From Desulfatiglandales bacterium (GTDB lineage: Bacteria; Desulfobacterota; DSM-4660; Desulfatiglandales; Desulfatiglandaceae), in NCBI GenBank assembly GCA_963662465.1, contig OY759599.1:3136001-3200000 (forward strand): DNA of 64,000 nt, in the 5' to 3' direction. Below, piece by piece: positions 28,599 to 38,737 of the stretch (positions are counted from its first letter, which is position 1; each line of letters starts with the position of its first letter). The position numbers were made by a program, and so were the translations under genes. The notes below the pieces were generated by a model. It saw nothing but the letters and a program-made list of their open reading frames with translations. It had not been told where the DNA came from and did not search any database.

Positions 28599-29383
28599 TG
28601 CGGATTTCGGATTACGGATTGCGAATTCAAGGTAAGGATTTTTTCGATGGCCTTGACATCCCCTGGGACATCCACTTCAATGGAATCGACCATACTTTCC
28701 GGAACCATGATCTTGTACCCATTTTCCAGGGCTCGCAGCTGCTCCAGCTTTTCCAGATTTTCGAGGGTCCCTTGAGACAAGGACGTAAAGTGCAGCAGAA
28801 AGTTCATCCTGAAACAATAAAAACCCAGATGCTTGAAATAAACATCGCCGGGGGCGCCGTCGCGACAGAAGGGAATGGGACATCGCGAAAAATAGAGGGC
28901 AAACCCCAGGTTGTCGGTCACCACCTTCACATGATTGGGGTTCGTCACATCCTTTTCATCTCGGATCCGGCATTTCAGGGTAGTCATGGGAATTGAATCA
29001 TCCGCCAGCAGGGGCGCGATCATGGCGGAAACCACTTCGGGCTGAAAAGCCGGCTGATCCCCCTGAATGTTCACCACCAGATCCCCATCCTTCACCCCAA
29101 TGCTTTGGGCTGCCTCGGCAATGCGATCCGTCCCGGATACATGACCCGCGCGGGTCATGACGGCATTTCCGCCAAACCCGCGAACACAGTTCAGGATACG
29201 CTCATCATCGGTGGCCACATAAACCTTTGATAGTTCCAGACACGCCAGCGCCCGCTCATAGGTATGCTGAATCATGGGCTTCCCGGAAATTAGCGCCAGG
29301 GGTTTTCCCGGAAAACGGCTGGACTGATATCTTGCGGGTATAAAAGCAAATATATTCAATGAATTCCTCTTTTGGGGCGACAA
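28595..29383 (-). CDS. kdsB: CMP-Kdo synthetase (3-deoxy-manno-octulosonate cytidylyltransferase)
   Basis: IPARYQSSRFPGKPL, SGTDR, NIQGD, ALYFSR and EKLEQLR. Confidence 0.95.
   Translation of the reverse strand: MSPQKRNSLNIFAFIPARYQSSRFPGKPLALISGKPMIQHTYERALACLELSKVYVATDDERILNCVRGFGGNAVMTRAGHVSGTDRIAEAAQSIGVKDGDLVVNIQGDQPAFQPEVVSAMIAPLLADDSIPMTTLKCRIRDEKDVTNPNHVKVVTDNLGFALYFSRCPIPFCRDGAPGDVYFKHLGFYCFRMNFLLHFTSLSQGTLENLEKLEQLRALENGYKIMVPESMVDSIEVDVPGDVKAIEKILTLNSQSVIRNPQ
28598..28627. repeat. 7-bp tandem repeat forming the 3' end of kdsB
   Basis: ttgcgga tttcgga ttacgga ttgcgaa. Confidence 0.75.
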
Positions 29384-29395
29384 GTAACGCGTAAC

Positions 29396-29437
29396 GACCT
29401 CTGTCTTCTGACCTCCGACCTCTGACCTCTGACCTCA
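29396..29437. repeat. 7-bp tandem repeat (GACCTCT-like)x6 between queD and kdsB
   Basis: gacctct gtcttct gacctcc gacctct gacctct gacctca. Confidence 0.88.
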
Positions 29438-29806
29438 GGGTTCCATATAGCTTGCGGAGGCGGAATCCGACTCCCACGCCGTCACCTTGCTGACCCGTAC
29501 CCCCTCCACGTTCAAGCGATTTGTAAGCGTCTCGAAGATATAGCGGGCGATGTTTTCGGACGAGGGCTCAGCAGACTTAAACGCATCAATTTCGTTCAAA
29601 AATTTATGGTCCAGTTCATCAATGATTTCTTTTGTATAATTCTTGATCACCCTGAAATCCATCAACAAGCCGTCGTCCCCCAGGCTGGATCCCACCACGG
29701 CCACTTCAACCTTCCAGTTATGCCCGTGCAGATGTTCGCATCCCCCTTCCAGGGCACGCAACTGATGGGCAGCCGCAAACTGGGAGGTTATTTTCAATTC
29801 ATACAT
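29435..29806 (-). CDS. queD: 6-carboxytetrahydropterin synthase
   Basis: FAAAH, CEHLHGHNW, LDHKFLN, PSSENIA and WES. Confidence 0.95.
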   Translation of the reverse strand: MYELKITSQFAAAHQLRALEGGCEHLHGHNWKVEVAVVGSSLGDDGLLMDFRVIKNYTKEIIDELDHKFLNEIDAFKSAEPSSENIARYIFETLTNRLNVEGVRVSKVTAWESDSASASYMEP

Positions 29807-29817
29807 CTCTTATTGCC

Positions 29818-30180
29818 TCACGCATCCTTTTCCTTGGCGGGTTCAATTTCCTCGGCCTCGCCACTCTCTTCTTTGATTTCAGCCTTTTCTTCATCGCCCG
29901 TTAATGGGTTCTCATCTCCCACGACCTTTCCGCATTCCGTACACCTGCCATCAACAATAATGCCGGTGCAGGTCCCGTCCGGACACAAAACCCGGTTGTC
30001 AAAGTCGATATCTTCCTCATCGTCATGGTCGAAAAAAGTTTTACCCTGATGAACAGCCTTCGTCGATTCCTTCAAGGGCGTTCCGCATGCCGAACAATAG
30101 TTGGCATCCTCAAATACAATTTCCCCGCATTCAGGGCATGGAGATCCCGGTATCTCTTCTTCGCAATGTGGACATTTCAT
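29818..30180 (-). CDS. Zinc-ribbon protein
   Basis: CPHC, CPEC, CSAC, LCPDGTC and CTEC pairs; acidic tail. Confidence 0.8.
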   Translation of the reverse strand: MKCPHCEEEIPGSPCPECGEIVFEDANYCSACGTPLKESTKAVHQGKTFFDHDDEEDIDFDNRVLCPDGTCTGIIVDGRCTECGKVVGDENPLTGDEEKAEIKEESGEAEEIEPAKEKDA

Positions 30181-30498
30181 CACAAACCATCTCCTCTCCA
30201 GTCTTAAAGAAAGCCGCCGCACAAAAACGCCGCGGCGGCGCAATGCAATCCATCTTGCGTCGGGGAGTATAGGGGAATCCACCCTTAGTGTCAAACAATA
30301 GAAAACATTAAAACTCGCAAGCAACAAAATCCCGGGACGGAACACTCATTCAAAACAAGACCTTTTCAAACAAAACTTGAAAAAATCCGCGATGCGCGGT
30401 ATCAGTAAATATAATTTTGCCAAAGGGGTGCGGATCATGGCGCCCGGGTATCAGAATAAGTTCCTTTCATTTTCTGGAAATGACGGAGGGTTTTCTTG

Positions 30499-33390
30499 AT
30501 GGTTGAAACTTCTACCTGCAAAGCGCTGGAAGAGAAGGTGAGAGCGCTCGAATCGGAACTGACTGAGTTCAAAAACAAGGAAAAAGCCCTTAACCGGGAA
30601 AAGCGGAGGCTTTCTCAAATTCTTCAAGAAACCGGGATTCCCACCTTTGTCATCGACAACCATCATGTGCTGACCCACGTCAATAAAGCCTTTGAAAACC
30701 TGACCGGCATTTCACCTGAAGAGATCCTCGGCACCCAAAACCAATGGCTCGCGTTCTATCCCGCAAAACGACCCACCATGGCCGATCTCATCGTGGACCA
30801 TGCCGATGAAAAGGAAATCGCCCGCTATTACAAGGGCAAATACCGGAAATCAGCAGTGTCTGAATCGGGCTTTGAATCCGAAAACCTGTTCCGCCACCTG
30901 CGAAACGGCAGCAAGTGGCTATTTTTTACGGCCTCCCCGTTAAAGGACGATGAGGGAAACATCACCGGCGCCATCGAAACCCTCCAGGATATTACGGAAC
31001 AGAAAAAAGCAGAACAGGCCTTGCGGGAATCCAAAAAAGGCATGCGCTCCCTGCTCGATTTTGTACCCTACCCCATCGTGGTCTGCAACCTTGACGGCAC
31101 TGTTTTTTACGTCACACCGGCCTTCACCGAAACCTTTGGATGGACCCTTGACGAGCTGGAAGGAAAAACCATCCCCTACACCCCAAAGGGCCTTGAAAAG
31201 GAAACCCACGAAATCCTGAAAGAACTGTTGGAAAAAAAGCTGGTTTTGCGCCATATCACCAAACGACTCACCAAAGACGGTCGTCTTCTGGATGTGGTGA
31301 TGCGGGGCGTCATCTATTCCAAGGACCCCAAAGAGCCCGGCGGGGAACTGGTACTCCTTCGGGATATCACCCAAGAGCGAAGAATCGCCAGAAATAACCA
31401 GGCCATGCTCAGGATCAGCATGGCCCTTCCCGAACACCCCGACCTCGAAAATCTTTTAGACTATATCAGCAGGGAAATCAAAGAACTTCTCGGAACAGAG
31501 GGCGCACTGGTGGTCCTGGCCGACGAGGAACAGGGTGAACTCTTCTATAAAGGCGCTGCCTTCGACGATAGCGCCACCCAGCAGCGGATCAAGGAAATCC
31601 GTTTTCCCGCCGACAAGAGCGTCGCGGGGAAAGTCATTCGAACCGGGGAAGCCATCATTGTCCAAAATACATCCAAGGAGCCCAGTTTTTATCACGGGGT
31701 GGATGAAAAGCTGGGATATCAAACCCGAAACCTGCTGGAAGTTCCCTTGAGAAGCGGGGATCGCATCATCGGCGCCCTTTGCGCCCGCAACAAAAAAGAA
31801 GGCAATTTTGACGAATCCGACATGGAACTCCTCAATATGATTGCCGGCACCGTGGTACTCTCCATAGAAAACGGACGCTTCTCGGATCAAATCATTAACG
31901 CCTACAAAACCAATGAGGCGCTTCTGCGGATCAGCACGGCCCTTCCGGAATACCCCGACCTGGGGGAACTCCTGGATTACGTGAGTACCGAGGTGCAGCG
32001 TCTCATGGATTCGGAAGGCGCGCTGGTTTCCCTGCTGGATGAAGAAAACAGGGAGATGTTTTTCATCGGCGCGGCTTACGACGACAGCGCCACCCAGAAA
32101 CGGGTCAAGGAGATCCGCTTTCCCATTGACAAGCTCATCGCGGGGCAGGTCATTAAAACCGGTAAACCCATGATTATCCATGATACCTTAACCTGTCCCA
32201 CCATACACCGGGAACGAGACAAAATCATGGGATACCATACCAAGAGCCTGCTCCTGGTTCCCCTGAAAAGCAAGGATCGGATCATCGGCGTCCTGTGCGC
32301 CATCAACAAGAAAAAGGGGGCCTTTGATCAGGCAAACATGGAACTGTTAAGCCTGGTAGCGACAACCGTTGAACTCTCCATTGAAAATGCCCGGTTTTCA
32401 GAGGAAGTGAAAAAAGCCTATCGGGAGGTGTCAAGTCTGAACCGAGCAAAGGACAAGGTGATCAACCACCTGTCCCACGAGCTGAAAACCCCCATTTCGG
32501 TACTTTCCGGATCACTGAACATCCTCGCCAGAAAGCTGGCCCGCCTTCCGGAAAAGAACTGGGAAAACACCCTGGCCCGGGGTGAAAGGAACCTGAATCG
32601 AATTATAGAAATTCAAAATCAGGTGGAAGATATCATGCGGGAACGGCACTTCGAGTCCCATTATGTGCTGAGTCAAATGGTGGATCTGTGCGCCGACGAA
32701 CTGGAAACCCTGATTGCCGAGGAAATCGGCGATGGCGATCTTATCAAAATCATTCGAAAACGCATTGATGATATCTTCGGGCTAAAGGAAATAACGCCTC
32801 AGAAGCTGCTCCTGAACGAAGTCGTTCAACAACGTCTGGAGGCGCTTAAACCTTCGTTCTCCCATCGGAACATTCAGATCGTCGAACGCCTGGAACCGAC
32901 GCTCCCCATTTTAATCCCACTGGAATCGCTTCGGAAAGTCATTGACGGCCTACTCAAAAACGCCGTGGAAAACACACCCGATGAAGGAAAAATAGAAATC
33001 ACGGTGACACAGACGGATAGCACCGTTGCGGCGGTGATACGGGACTACGGGGTCGGCATCATAGAAGACGCACAGAGAAGGATATTTGAAGGTTTTTTCG
33101 CCACCCAGGATACCCTGGACTACTCCTCCAAAAGGGCCTTTGATTTCAATGCCGGCGGAAAAGGCGCCGACCTGCTGCGCATGAAAATATTTGCTGAACG
33201 GTATGATTTCAAAATTAAAATGGAATCCACCCGGTGTCCGTTTATACCGGAAGAGACCGACCTGTGCCCCGGCGCCATCAGCGAGTGCCGGCACTGCAAC
33301 CGTCCGGAAGACTGCTTTGTTTCGGGGGGAACTACGTTTACGCTTCAGTTTTCACCCCTCACTCATCCCCCGGCAGCCATGTCCGAATAG
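30499..33390 (+). CDS. Cytoplasmic PAS-PAS-GAF-GAF histidine kinase
   Basis: Two PAS domains, two near-duplicate GAF domains, SHELKTP H-box, NAVENT N-box and DYGVG. Confidence 0.92.
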   Translation: MVETSTCKALEEKVRALESELTEFKNKEKALNREKRRLSQILQETGIPTFVIDNHHVLTHVNKAFENLTGISPEEILGTQNQWLAFYPAKRPTMADLIVDHADEKEIARYYKGKYRKSAVSESGFESENLFRHLRNGSKWLFFTASPLKDDEGNITGAIETLQDITEQKKAEQALRESKKGMRSLLDFVPYPIVVCNLDGTVFYVTPAFTETFGWTLDELEGKTIPYTPKGLEKETHEILKELLEKKLVLRHITKRLTKDGRLLDVVMRGVIYSKDPKEPGGELVLLRDITQERRIARNNQAMLRISMALPEHPDLENLLDYISREIKELLGTEGALVVLADEEQGELFYKGAAFDDSATQQRIKEIRFPADKSVAGKVIRTGEAIIVQNTSKEPSFYHGVDEKLGYQTRNLLEVPLRSGDRIIGALCARNKKEGNFDESDMELLNMIAGTVVLSIENGRFSDQIINAYKTNEALLRISTALPEYPDLGELLDYVSTEVQRLMDSEGALVSLLDEENREMFFIGAAYDDSATQKRVKEIRFPIDKLIAGQVIKTGKPMIIHDTLTCPTIHRERDKIMGYHTKSLLLVPLKSKDRIIGVLCAINKKKGAFDQANMELLSLVATTVELSIENARFSEEVKKAYREVSSLNRAKDKVINHLSHELKTPISVLSGSLNILARKLARLPEKNWENTLARGERNLNRIIEIQNQVEDIMRERHFESHYVLSQMVDLCADELETLIAEEIGDGDLIKIIRKRIDDIFGLKEITPQKLLLNEVVQQRLEALKPSFSHRNIQIVERLEPTLPILIPLESLRKVIDGLLKNAVENTPDEGKIEITVTQTDSTVAAVIRDYGVGIIEDAQRRIFEGFFATQDTLDYSSKRAFDFNAGGKGADLLRMKIFAERYDFKIKMESTRCPFIPEETDLCPGAISECRHCNRPEDCFVSGGTTFTLQFSPLTHPPAAMSE

Positions 33391-33634
33391 TGATGTCAAA
33401 CCCCATGGATTCAAGGCATCCAATCCACTGGTCAGCATCTTCCAACCGCCGGTAGGTTCCCGTCACGAGAAGGCATTGGTCGTTTTCATCCCATACCCAG
33501 CAATACTCCAGGAATCGAATGCCAAAGGCTTCGATTTCGGATCTCATATTTTCGCGGATTCGCTCCCTTTCATCAAAATCAAGATCCCGGTAAGACGCAC
33601 CGCGAATGCATACATAATACATAAGGTGAAACAT
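33359..33634 (-). CDS. Small hypothetical protein
   Basis: AGGGAG RBS before the ATG; plausible globular composition. Confidence 0.55.
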   Translation of the reverse strand: MFHLMYYVCIRGASYRDLDFDERERIRENMRSEIEAFGIRFLEYCWVWDENDQCLLVTGTYRRLEDADQWIGCLESMGFDITIRTWLPGDE

Positions 33635-33646
33635 CTCCCTTTTTAA

Positions 33647-33670
33647 GCTAACAGCTAACGGCTAACAGCT
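33647..33670. repeat. 7-bp tandem repeat (GCTAACR)x3
   Basis: gctaaca gctaacg gctaaca gct. Confidence 0.8.
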
Positions 33671-33818
33671 GTATTTTCACAATAAATCAAGAAATGGCAT
33701 ATCTCCTTTTCTCCTGATCGGAACCATCAATTCCTGAAAAGCATTTAAAATTCATCCTGTACCATTAAAAATATCTTAAAACACAATGGTTTATATATTC
33801 AGAGGAAAACACGCATAG

Positions 33819-33834
33819 TGGCATACCTTTTGCT
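33819..33834 (+). promoter_or_regulatory. Sigma-54 (-24/-12) promoter
   Basis: TGGCAT-ACCTT-TTGCT with exact GG-N10-GC spacing upstream of the GT2 gene. Confidence 0.7.
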
Positions 33835-33978
33835 TGCCCCCACGTGTGGCGTTGTGCTTCCATCGAGCTGATCTGTGCATGGCCGAGGAAAAAACAACCT
33901 GATGGTAAGAAAGCATTCATCCTCATGGATGAAAACAATCCAAATGACAAGATCTCAATTACAGAGGAAACGATAATA

Positions 33979-35478
33979 ATGACAACGATTGCTCACAAAC
34001 TAAAACTTACGCCCATTGCCCCAAAGGCGTGCGCCTTTGAGAATCTTCCGAAAAATCAAGATCCTCCCCTCCCTGACACAACCATGCCCGCCCCCATAAA
34101 CAAGCTTCGCATAAATGATTTACCGGCAAAGATTCTGATCCTCATTTGCATCCTGTTGATCATCAGCGCGGGGCTAATACAAAAAAGCTACCAACCCATT
34201 TTCCTTTCAACCCTTTGGGGGAAGCTTCTGTTCATGACCTTCCAGGCCACCCTGATCATGTTTGCGCTGACCCTGATCTGGCGCGTGGTGCTGGTCATGA
34301 GATATCGTCCGGCAACCCCATGTTCGGACGAAAACCTGCCCACCTGCGGCGTGATTGTCCCGGCCTATAACGAAGGACGACAGGTACTGGAAACCCTTCG
34401 GAGCATTGCACAAAGCAACTACCCAATGGAAAAACTAAAAATCGTGGTCATCGACGACGGCAGCAAAGACGATACCTGGCGCTGGATCAGGGCTGCGGTA
34501 CGGGAGATGCCCGACCGCATCACGCCCATCCGATTACCCCGGAACCAGGGGAAACGCGGCGCCCTTCATGCCGGCTTCAAACAATGTGCCGGCGATGTTT
34601 TCGTCACCATTGACAGCGACTCACAGGTTGAACCCGAGACCATCCGCTGCCTGGTAGCGCCCTTTACCCAGGACCCGAAGGTGGGCGCCGTCGCCGGAAA
34701 CGTAAGAATTCTCAACCGTAACGAGGGACTCATTCCGCGCATGCTGGATGTCAATTTCGCTTTTTCCTTCGATTTTATAAGGGTCAGCCAGAGCATGGTA
34801 AACACCGTCATGTGCAGTCCCGGCGCCCTGTCGGCCTATCGAAGCGACCTGGTAAAACAGGTATTGCCGGAATGGGTCAACCAGAAATTCCTGGGACGGG
34901 CAGCCAACATCGGCGAGGACCGCGCCATGACCAACATGATCCTGAAACTGGGCCATTACGTGCGTTTTCAAAGCAATGCCGTCGTCTACACCAAAGCGCC
35001 GACGGGGTATCGGGGCCTGTGCAAAATGTTTCTCCGCTGGGCAAGAAGCAATATTCGCGAAACCCTGGTAATGACCCGGTTCGTTTTCACCCGGTTTCGT
35101 AAAGGCCCCATGCTGGGAGCGCGCATCAACCTGCTGCTGAGCCTCATGACCCTGACCCTGGGCCAGGCCATGAAAATTATCCTGATGGGGCTCCTCATTT
35201 CCATGCCGGAGACGTTCGGCATGCGGATGCTTTTGGGCGCCGTAGTCACCGGCTGCCTGCCGGCCCTGTTTTTTATTTATCGCCACCGCAGCAGCGACGG
35301 CCTGTGGGCCTTTGCCTACAGCGTATTCTGGGTAACGGGTTTATGGTGGATCAGCCTTTACGCCGCAATCACACCCCAAAAGACCGGCTGGCTGACCCGG
35401 GATCTTTCACCCACCCGAGTTCAAATTCGTCCGTTGCCGGTTTCCCGCGGGACCCTGAAGAGCCGGGCATCATCCTGA
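33979..35478 (+). CDS. Processive GT2 glycosyltransferase (hyaluronan synthase/NodC-like)
   Basis: VPAYNE, DDGS, GKR, IDSD, CSPGALSAYR, QKFLG, GEDRAMTN, LRW and flanking TM helices. Confidence 0.88.
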   Translation: MTTIAHKLKLTPIAPKACAFENLPKNQDPPLPDTTMPAPINKLRINDLPAKILILICILLIISAGLIQKSYQPIFLSTLWGKLLFMTFQATLIMFALTLIWRVVLVMRYRPATPCSDENLPTCGVIVPAYNEGRQVLETLRSIAQSNYPMEKLKIVVIDDGSKDDTWRWIRAAVREMPDRITPIRLPRNQGKRGALHAGFKQCAGDVFVTIDSDSQVEPETIRCLVAPFTQDPKVGAVAGNVRILNRNEGLIPRMLDVNFAFSFDFIRVSQSMVNTVMCSPGALSAYRSDLVKQVLPEWVNQKFLGRAANIGEDRAMTNMILKLGHYVRFQSNAVVYTKAPTGYRGLCKMFLRWARSNIRETLVMTRFVFTRFRKGPMLGARINLLLSLMTLTLGQAMKIILMGLLISMPETFGMRMLLGAVVTGCLPALFFIYRHRSSDGLWAFAYSVFWVTGLWWISLYAAITPQKTGWLTRDLSPTRVQIRPLPVSRGTLKSRASS

Positions 35479-35508
35479 AAAGAGCAACATAAAAAAATGG
35501 GTGATGGA

Positions 35509-35544
35509 CGGAAGGGACAATCCCCCTATCGCCCATCGCCTTTC
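35509..35544. terminator. Hairpin between the convergent GT2 and antiporter genes
   Basis: ggtgatggacg...cgcccatcgcc flanked by A and T runs. Confidence 0.4.
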
Positions 35545-35614
35545 AGCTTCGAGCCAATGAAAGCCCCTCATTTTCCCCCACCTTCCCGCCATCCTACCGT
35601 AAACATAATATTTT

Positions 35615-36595
35615 TTATCCCTTGCAAATCAAATAGGCCAGATAGCCCATGTAACAGACCAGAAGAACAACACCGTCTTTCCGGGTCACGATATAGGATT
35701 TCCGCATCATGAACCAGGGCAGTGCGCTGATAAATATCATCACCAGGAAATCAACCACCAGGCCGCTGTGAAAAAATCCCCCCGGGATGGGGATGGGCCG
35801 GATCAGGGAGGCCGCCCCCACTACGCTGAGAATGTTAAACACATTGCTCCCCACCAGGTTGCCGATGCTGATATCCATCTCCTTTTTAACAGCCGCCACA
35901 ATAGAGGTCGCCAGCTCGGGTAGAGAGGTGCCAAAAGCCACAATGGTCAGACCAATGAATTTCTCGGAAACCCCCAGCACCGTCATGATCTTTACGGCGG
36001 AATCCACCACCAGCTGAGCCCCGAACATCACGCCGCATATGCCGGCCCCGATCAGCAAAAGTTGTCGGCCCCTTGACATCGCAACAGCCGCTTCTCCGAG
36101 GTCCGGTTGTGACATGACCGCCTCTTCATCCGCATTGCCCTCAACACCCCTTCTAGCCTGATAGTAGTTGAAAAACGTATACAGGATAATGCCACCCAAA
36201 AGAGAAGCCCCTTCCAGGCGGCCGATGGTGGAATTGAGAGACAGCAACAAGAGGTAAAGGGAAATACCGATCATGATGGGAATGTCCCGTTTCACCACCG
36301 AGGCGTGGCAGACAATGGGCTGAAAAATCGCCGAAACCCCCAGAACGAGAGCGATATTGCAGATGTTGCTCCCCACCACATTACCAATGGCAATCATGCT
36401 TTTGCCTTGAATGGAAGAAACCACACTCACCACCAGTTCGGGGGCGGACGTGCCAAAAGCCACCACCGTAAGCCCAATCACCAACGGCGTCACACCAAGA
36501 CTTCCGGCCAGGCTGGATGAACCCTTCACCAGCCATTTCGCCCCGTAATAGAGCATCCCGAAACCCAGGATGCAAAACAGCGTATTGAGTATCAT
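35615..36595 (-). CDS. Calcium/sodium antiporter (YrbG/CaCA family)
   Basis: Two alpha repeats: GTSAPEL...GNVVGSN and GTSLPEL...GNLVGSN. Confidence 0.93.
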   Translation of the reverse strand: MILNTLFCILGFGMLYYGAKWLVKGSSSLAGSLGVTPLVIGLTVVAFGTSAPELVVSVVSSIQGKSMIAIGNVVGSNICNIALVLGVSAIFQPIVCHASVVKRDIPIMIGISLYLLLLSLNSTIGRLEGASLLGGIILYTFFNYYQARRGVEGNADEEAVMSQPDLGEAAVAMSRGRQLLLIGAGICGVMFGAQLVVDSAVKIMTVLGVSEKFIGLTIVAFGTSLPELATSIVAAVKKEMDISIGNLVGSNVFNILSVVGAASLIRPIPIPGGFFHSGLVVDFLVMIFISALPWFMMRKSYIVTRKDGVVLLVCYMGYLAYLICKG

Positions 36596-36858
36596 ACTCT
36601 CTCCGTTTATTCTGATATTTCTTTCACGGAAACACGTTATAGGTGCATACCGGCAAATGTCAAGATTAGAATCTTGACATTCGCTATGATTAAGAATAGT
36701 TTGGACTGATATTGCATGAACGAGAAACAGCGACAATCCTTATTAACACACACCCCTCCCCTTATTTGCCGAGGCCCTTAATCATTCTCATACATATAGA
36801 GATGGGAGGGATAAAATAATGCCCATCCAAAACCTGACATAGAAAAAGGACACGTTTC

Positions 36859-38574
36859 ATGACAAAACCCCTTGCAATATCCCGAACCCTTCCCTTCATG
36901 TGCCTCCTCTCTTTCGCCGTCGGCATTATCGCAGGCGTTGGCGCATGGGCTTTTCGCATGCTGATCGGACTCGTCCATAACATTCTCTTTCTGGGACAGT
37001 TCCAATGCACCTATGATGCCAATATTCATACACCATTGAGCCCATGGGGTCCATGGGTTATTCTGGCGCCGGTGATCGGCGCATTGATGGTGGCCTGGCT
37101 GGTGAAGACCTTCGCCCCGGAAGCCAAGGGGCACGGGGTTCCGGAAGTGATGGACGCCATCTACTATCATGATTCCAAAATCCGCCCGGTGGTGGGTCTG
37201 GTCAAGGCAGTGGCATCAGCCATCTGTATCGGCAGCGGCGGCTCGGTGGGCCGCGAGGGCCCCATCATCCAGATCGGGGCCTCTTTCGGATCGACCCTGG
37301 GACAAATGCTGCGCCTTCCCGCCCGGCAGATCGTAACCCTCATCGCGGCCGGCGCGGCCGGGGGCATTGCCGCCACATTCAATGCCCCCTTAGGCGGGCT
37401 CACCTTCGGAATTGAGCTGTTGCTGGTATCCATCAACGCCAGGAACATCCTGCCGGTGACAATTGCCACCGTAACCGCAACCTATATCGGTCAAGCCTTG
37501 CTGGGCGGTGAACCCTCCTTCTATTTCTCCGCACTCACCCAACTGGACTTTCAACTGATTTCGCCATGGCGACTCCTGTTTTTCGTCCCCTTCGGGATCA
37601 TCATGGGGCTCGTTGCAACCCTCTTTATTCGAGGGATCTATTGGGCTGAAGACCTTTTTGACGCCATGCCGGGCAACACCTATACGCGGCATCTGTCGGC
37701 CATGTTTGCCGTGGGCATCATGATCTGGCTCGTGATGCGCCACACTGGACACTACTACGTTCAAGGGGTCGGATACGCCGCCATCATGGATATCCTAAAG
37801 AGCATTCTGACGGACCCCTGGCTGCTAATCACCCTGTTCTGCCTGAAATTCATCGCCACCTGTCTGACACTGGGCTCCGGCGGCTCCGGCGGTGTTTTTT
37901 CTCCCTCGCTTTTCATGGGCGCCACCATGGGCGCCCTGGTGGGACATCTGATCGCATACCTCTTACCGAACATCGGCGTAAATCCCGTCGCCTTTGCCAT
38001 CGCGGGGATGGCCGCGGGGGTCGGCGCGTCAACCGGCGCCATCATCACCGGCGCCGTCATGATCCTGGAGATGACCCAGGACACCAACGTGGTCCTTCCC
38101 ATCATGATCACCTCTTCCTTTGCCTATGGCATCCGCAAATGGCTCTCTCCCGGAAGTATCTATACCCTGAAGCTTCTTCGCCGGGGCCATATCGTTCCGG
38201 AGGGCCTGCAGGCGGCCATGAGCGAATCCATGACGGCGGAAGATGCCATGGTCGGGGAATTCCCGACCCTTGACGCGGACGCGCCCGTCACGCCTTCGCA
38301 TCTACCCACCCTGGTCATAGACGGCAACGCCGTCATGGGCGTGGTTCCTCCCCATGCAGGGGGAGGCGCCGCTCGGTCATTGGCCATAAATCAATATATC
38401 ATGACCCCCCGGAAAAACCCCATCAACGATCTGCTCCGGGAAATGCACGCTACCGGATCAAGATTCGCGCTGGTTACGGGCGTCCCCGGAACCCCCACCC
38501 CCCATGAAATCGTTGGCATCGTTTCCGAACGGGAAGTTGCAACCTGCGCCATTCGGGAAGCACAATTGAAATAG
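36859..38574 (+). CDS. CLC-family chloride channel/antiporter with a degenerate CBS-like tail
   Basis: GHGVPE, GREGP, FNAP and GGVFSPS. Confidence 0.93.
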   Translation: MTKPLAISRTLPFMCLLSFAVGIIAGVGAWAFRMLIGLVHNILFLGQFQCTYDANIHTPLSPWGPWVILAPVIGALMVAWLVKTFAPEAKGHGVPEVMDAIYYHDSKIRPVVGLVKAVASAICIGSGGSVGREGPIIQIGASFGSTLGQMLRLPARQIVTLIAAGAAGGIAATFNAPLGGLTFGIELLLVSINARNILPVTIATVTATYIGQALLGGEPSFYFSALTQLDFQLISPWRLLFFVPFGIIMGLVATLFIRGIYWAEDLFDAMPGNTYTRHLSAMFAVGIMIWLVMRHTGHYYVQGVGYAAIMDILKSILTDPWLLITLFCLKFIATCLTLGSGGSGGVFSPSLFMGATMGALVGHLIAYLLPNIGVNPVAFAIAGMAAGVGASTGAIITGAVMILEMTQDTNVVLPIMITSSFAYGIRKWLSPGSIYTLKLLRRGHIVPEGLQAAMSESMTAEDAMVGEFPTLDADAPVTPSHLPTLVIDGNAVMGVVPPHAGGGAARSLAINQYIMTPRKNPINDLLREMHATGSRFALVTGVPGTPTPHEIVGIVSEREVATCAIREAQLK

Positions 38575-38637
38575 AAAATACACTATTCTGATGCAAACCA
38601 ATTTCTGTTACATTCGTGCTTCAGGACTGCATAAGTG

Positions 38638-38666
38638 TTGACAGTGTTGATCCATTTCAATATATG
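38638..38666 (+). promoter_or_regulatory. Sigma70-like promoter containing an FNR/CRP-like box
   Basis: TTGACA, 17-bp spacer, TATATG; the spacer contains TTGAT-ccat-TTCAA. Confidence 0.45.
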
Positions 38667-38737
38667 TTCAAGCAGATAATGTCCGAACAGTTGGATTCGT
38701 TCCAAATGACTCTGAAATTTGATCAAGGAGGGCTTAC

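Noticed and set aside
30212..30240. GC-rich hairpin upstream of the zinc-ribbon gene as a riboswitch (e.g. preQ1 for queD)
   Set aside because: Only a short stem; no preQ1 consensus or A-rich tail recognised
31395..32400. Internal duplication in the large kinase as a sign of a mobile element
   Set aside because: Ordinary tandem GAF domains, in frame and diverged
36740..36858. Fluoride riboswitch upstream of the CLC gene
   Set aside because: No GGCGATGGxGTTCGCC...CTGATGAC pattern; the CLC has GHGVP/GREGP rather than the fluoride-type signatures
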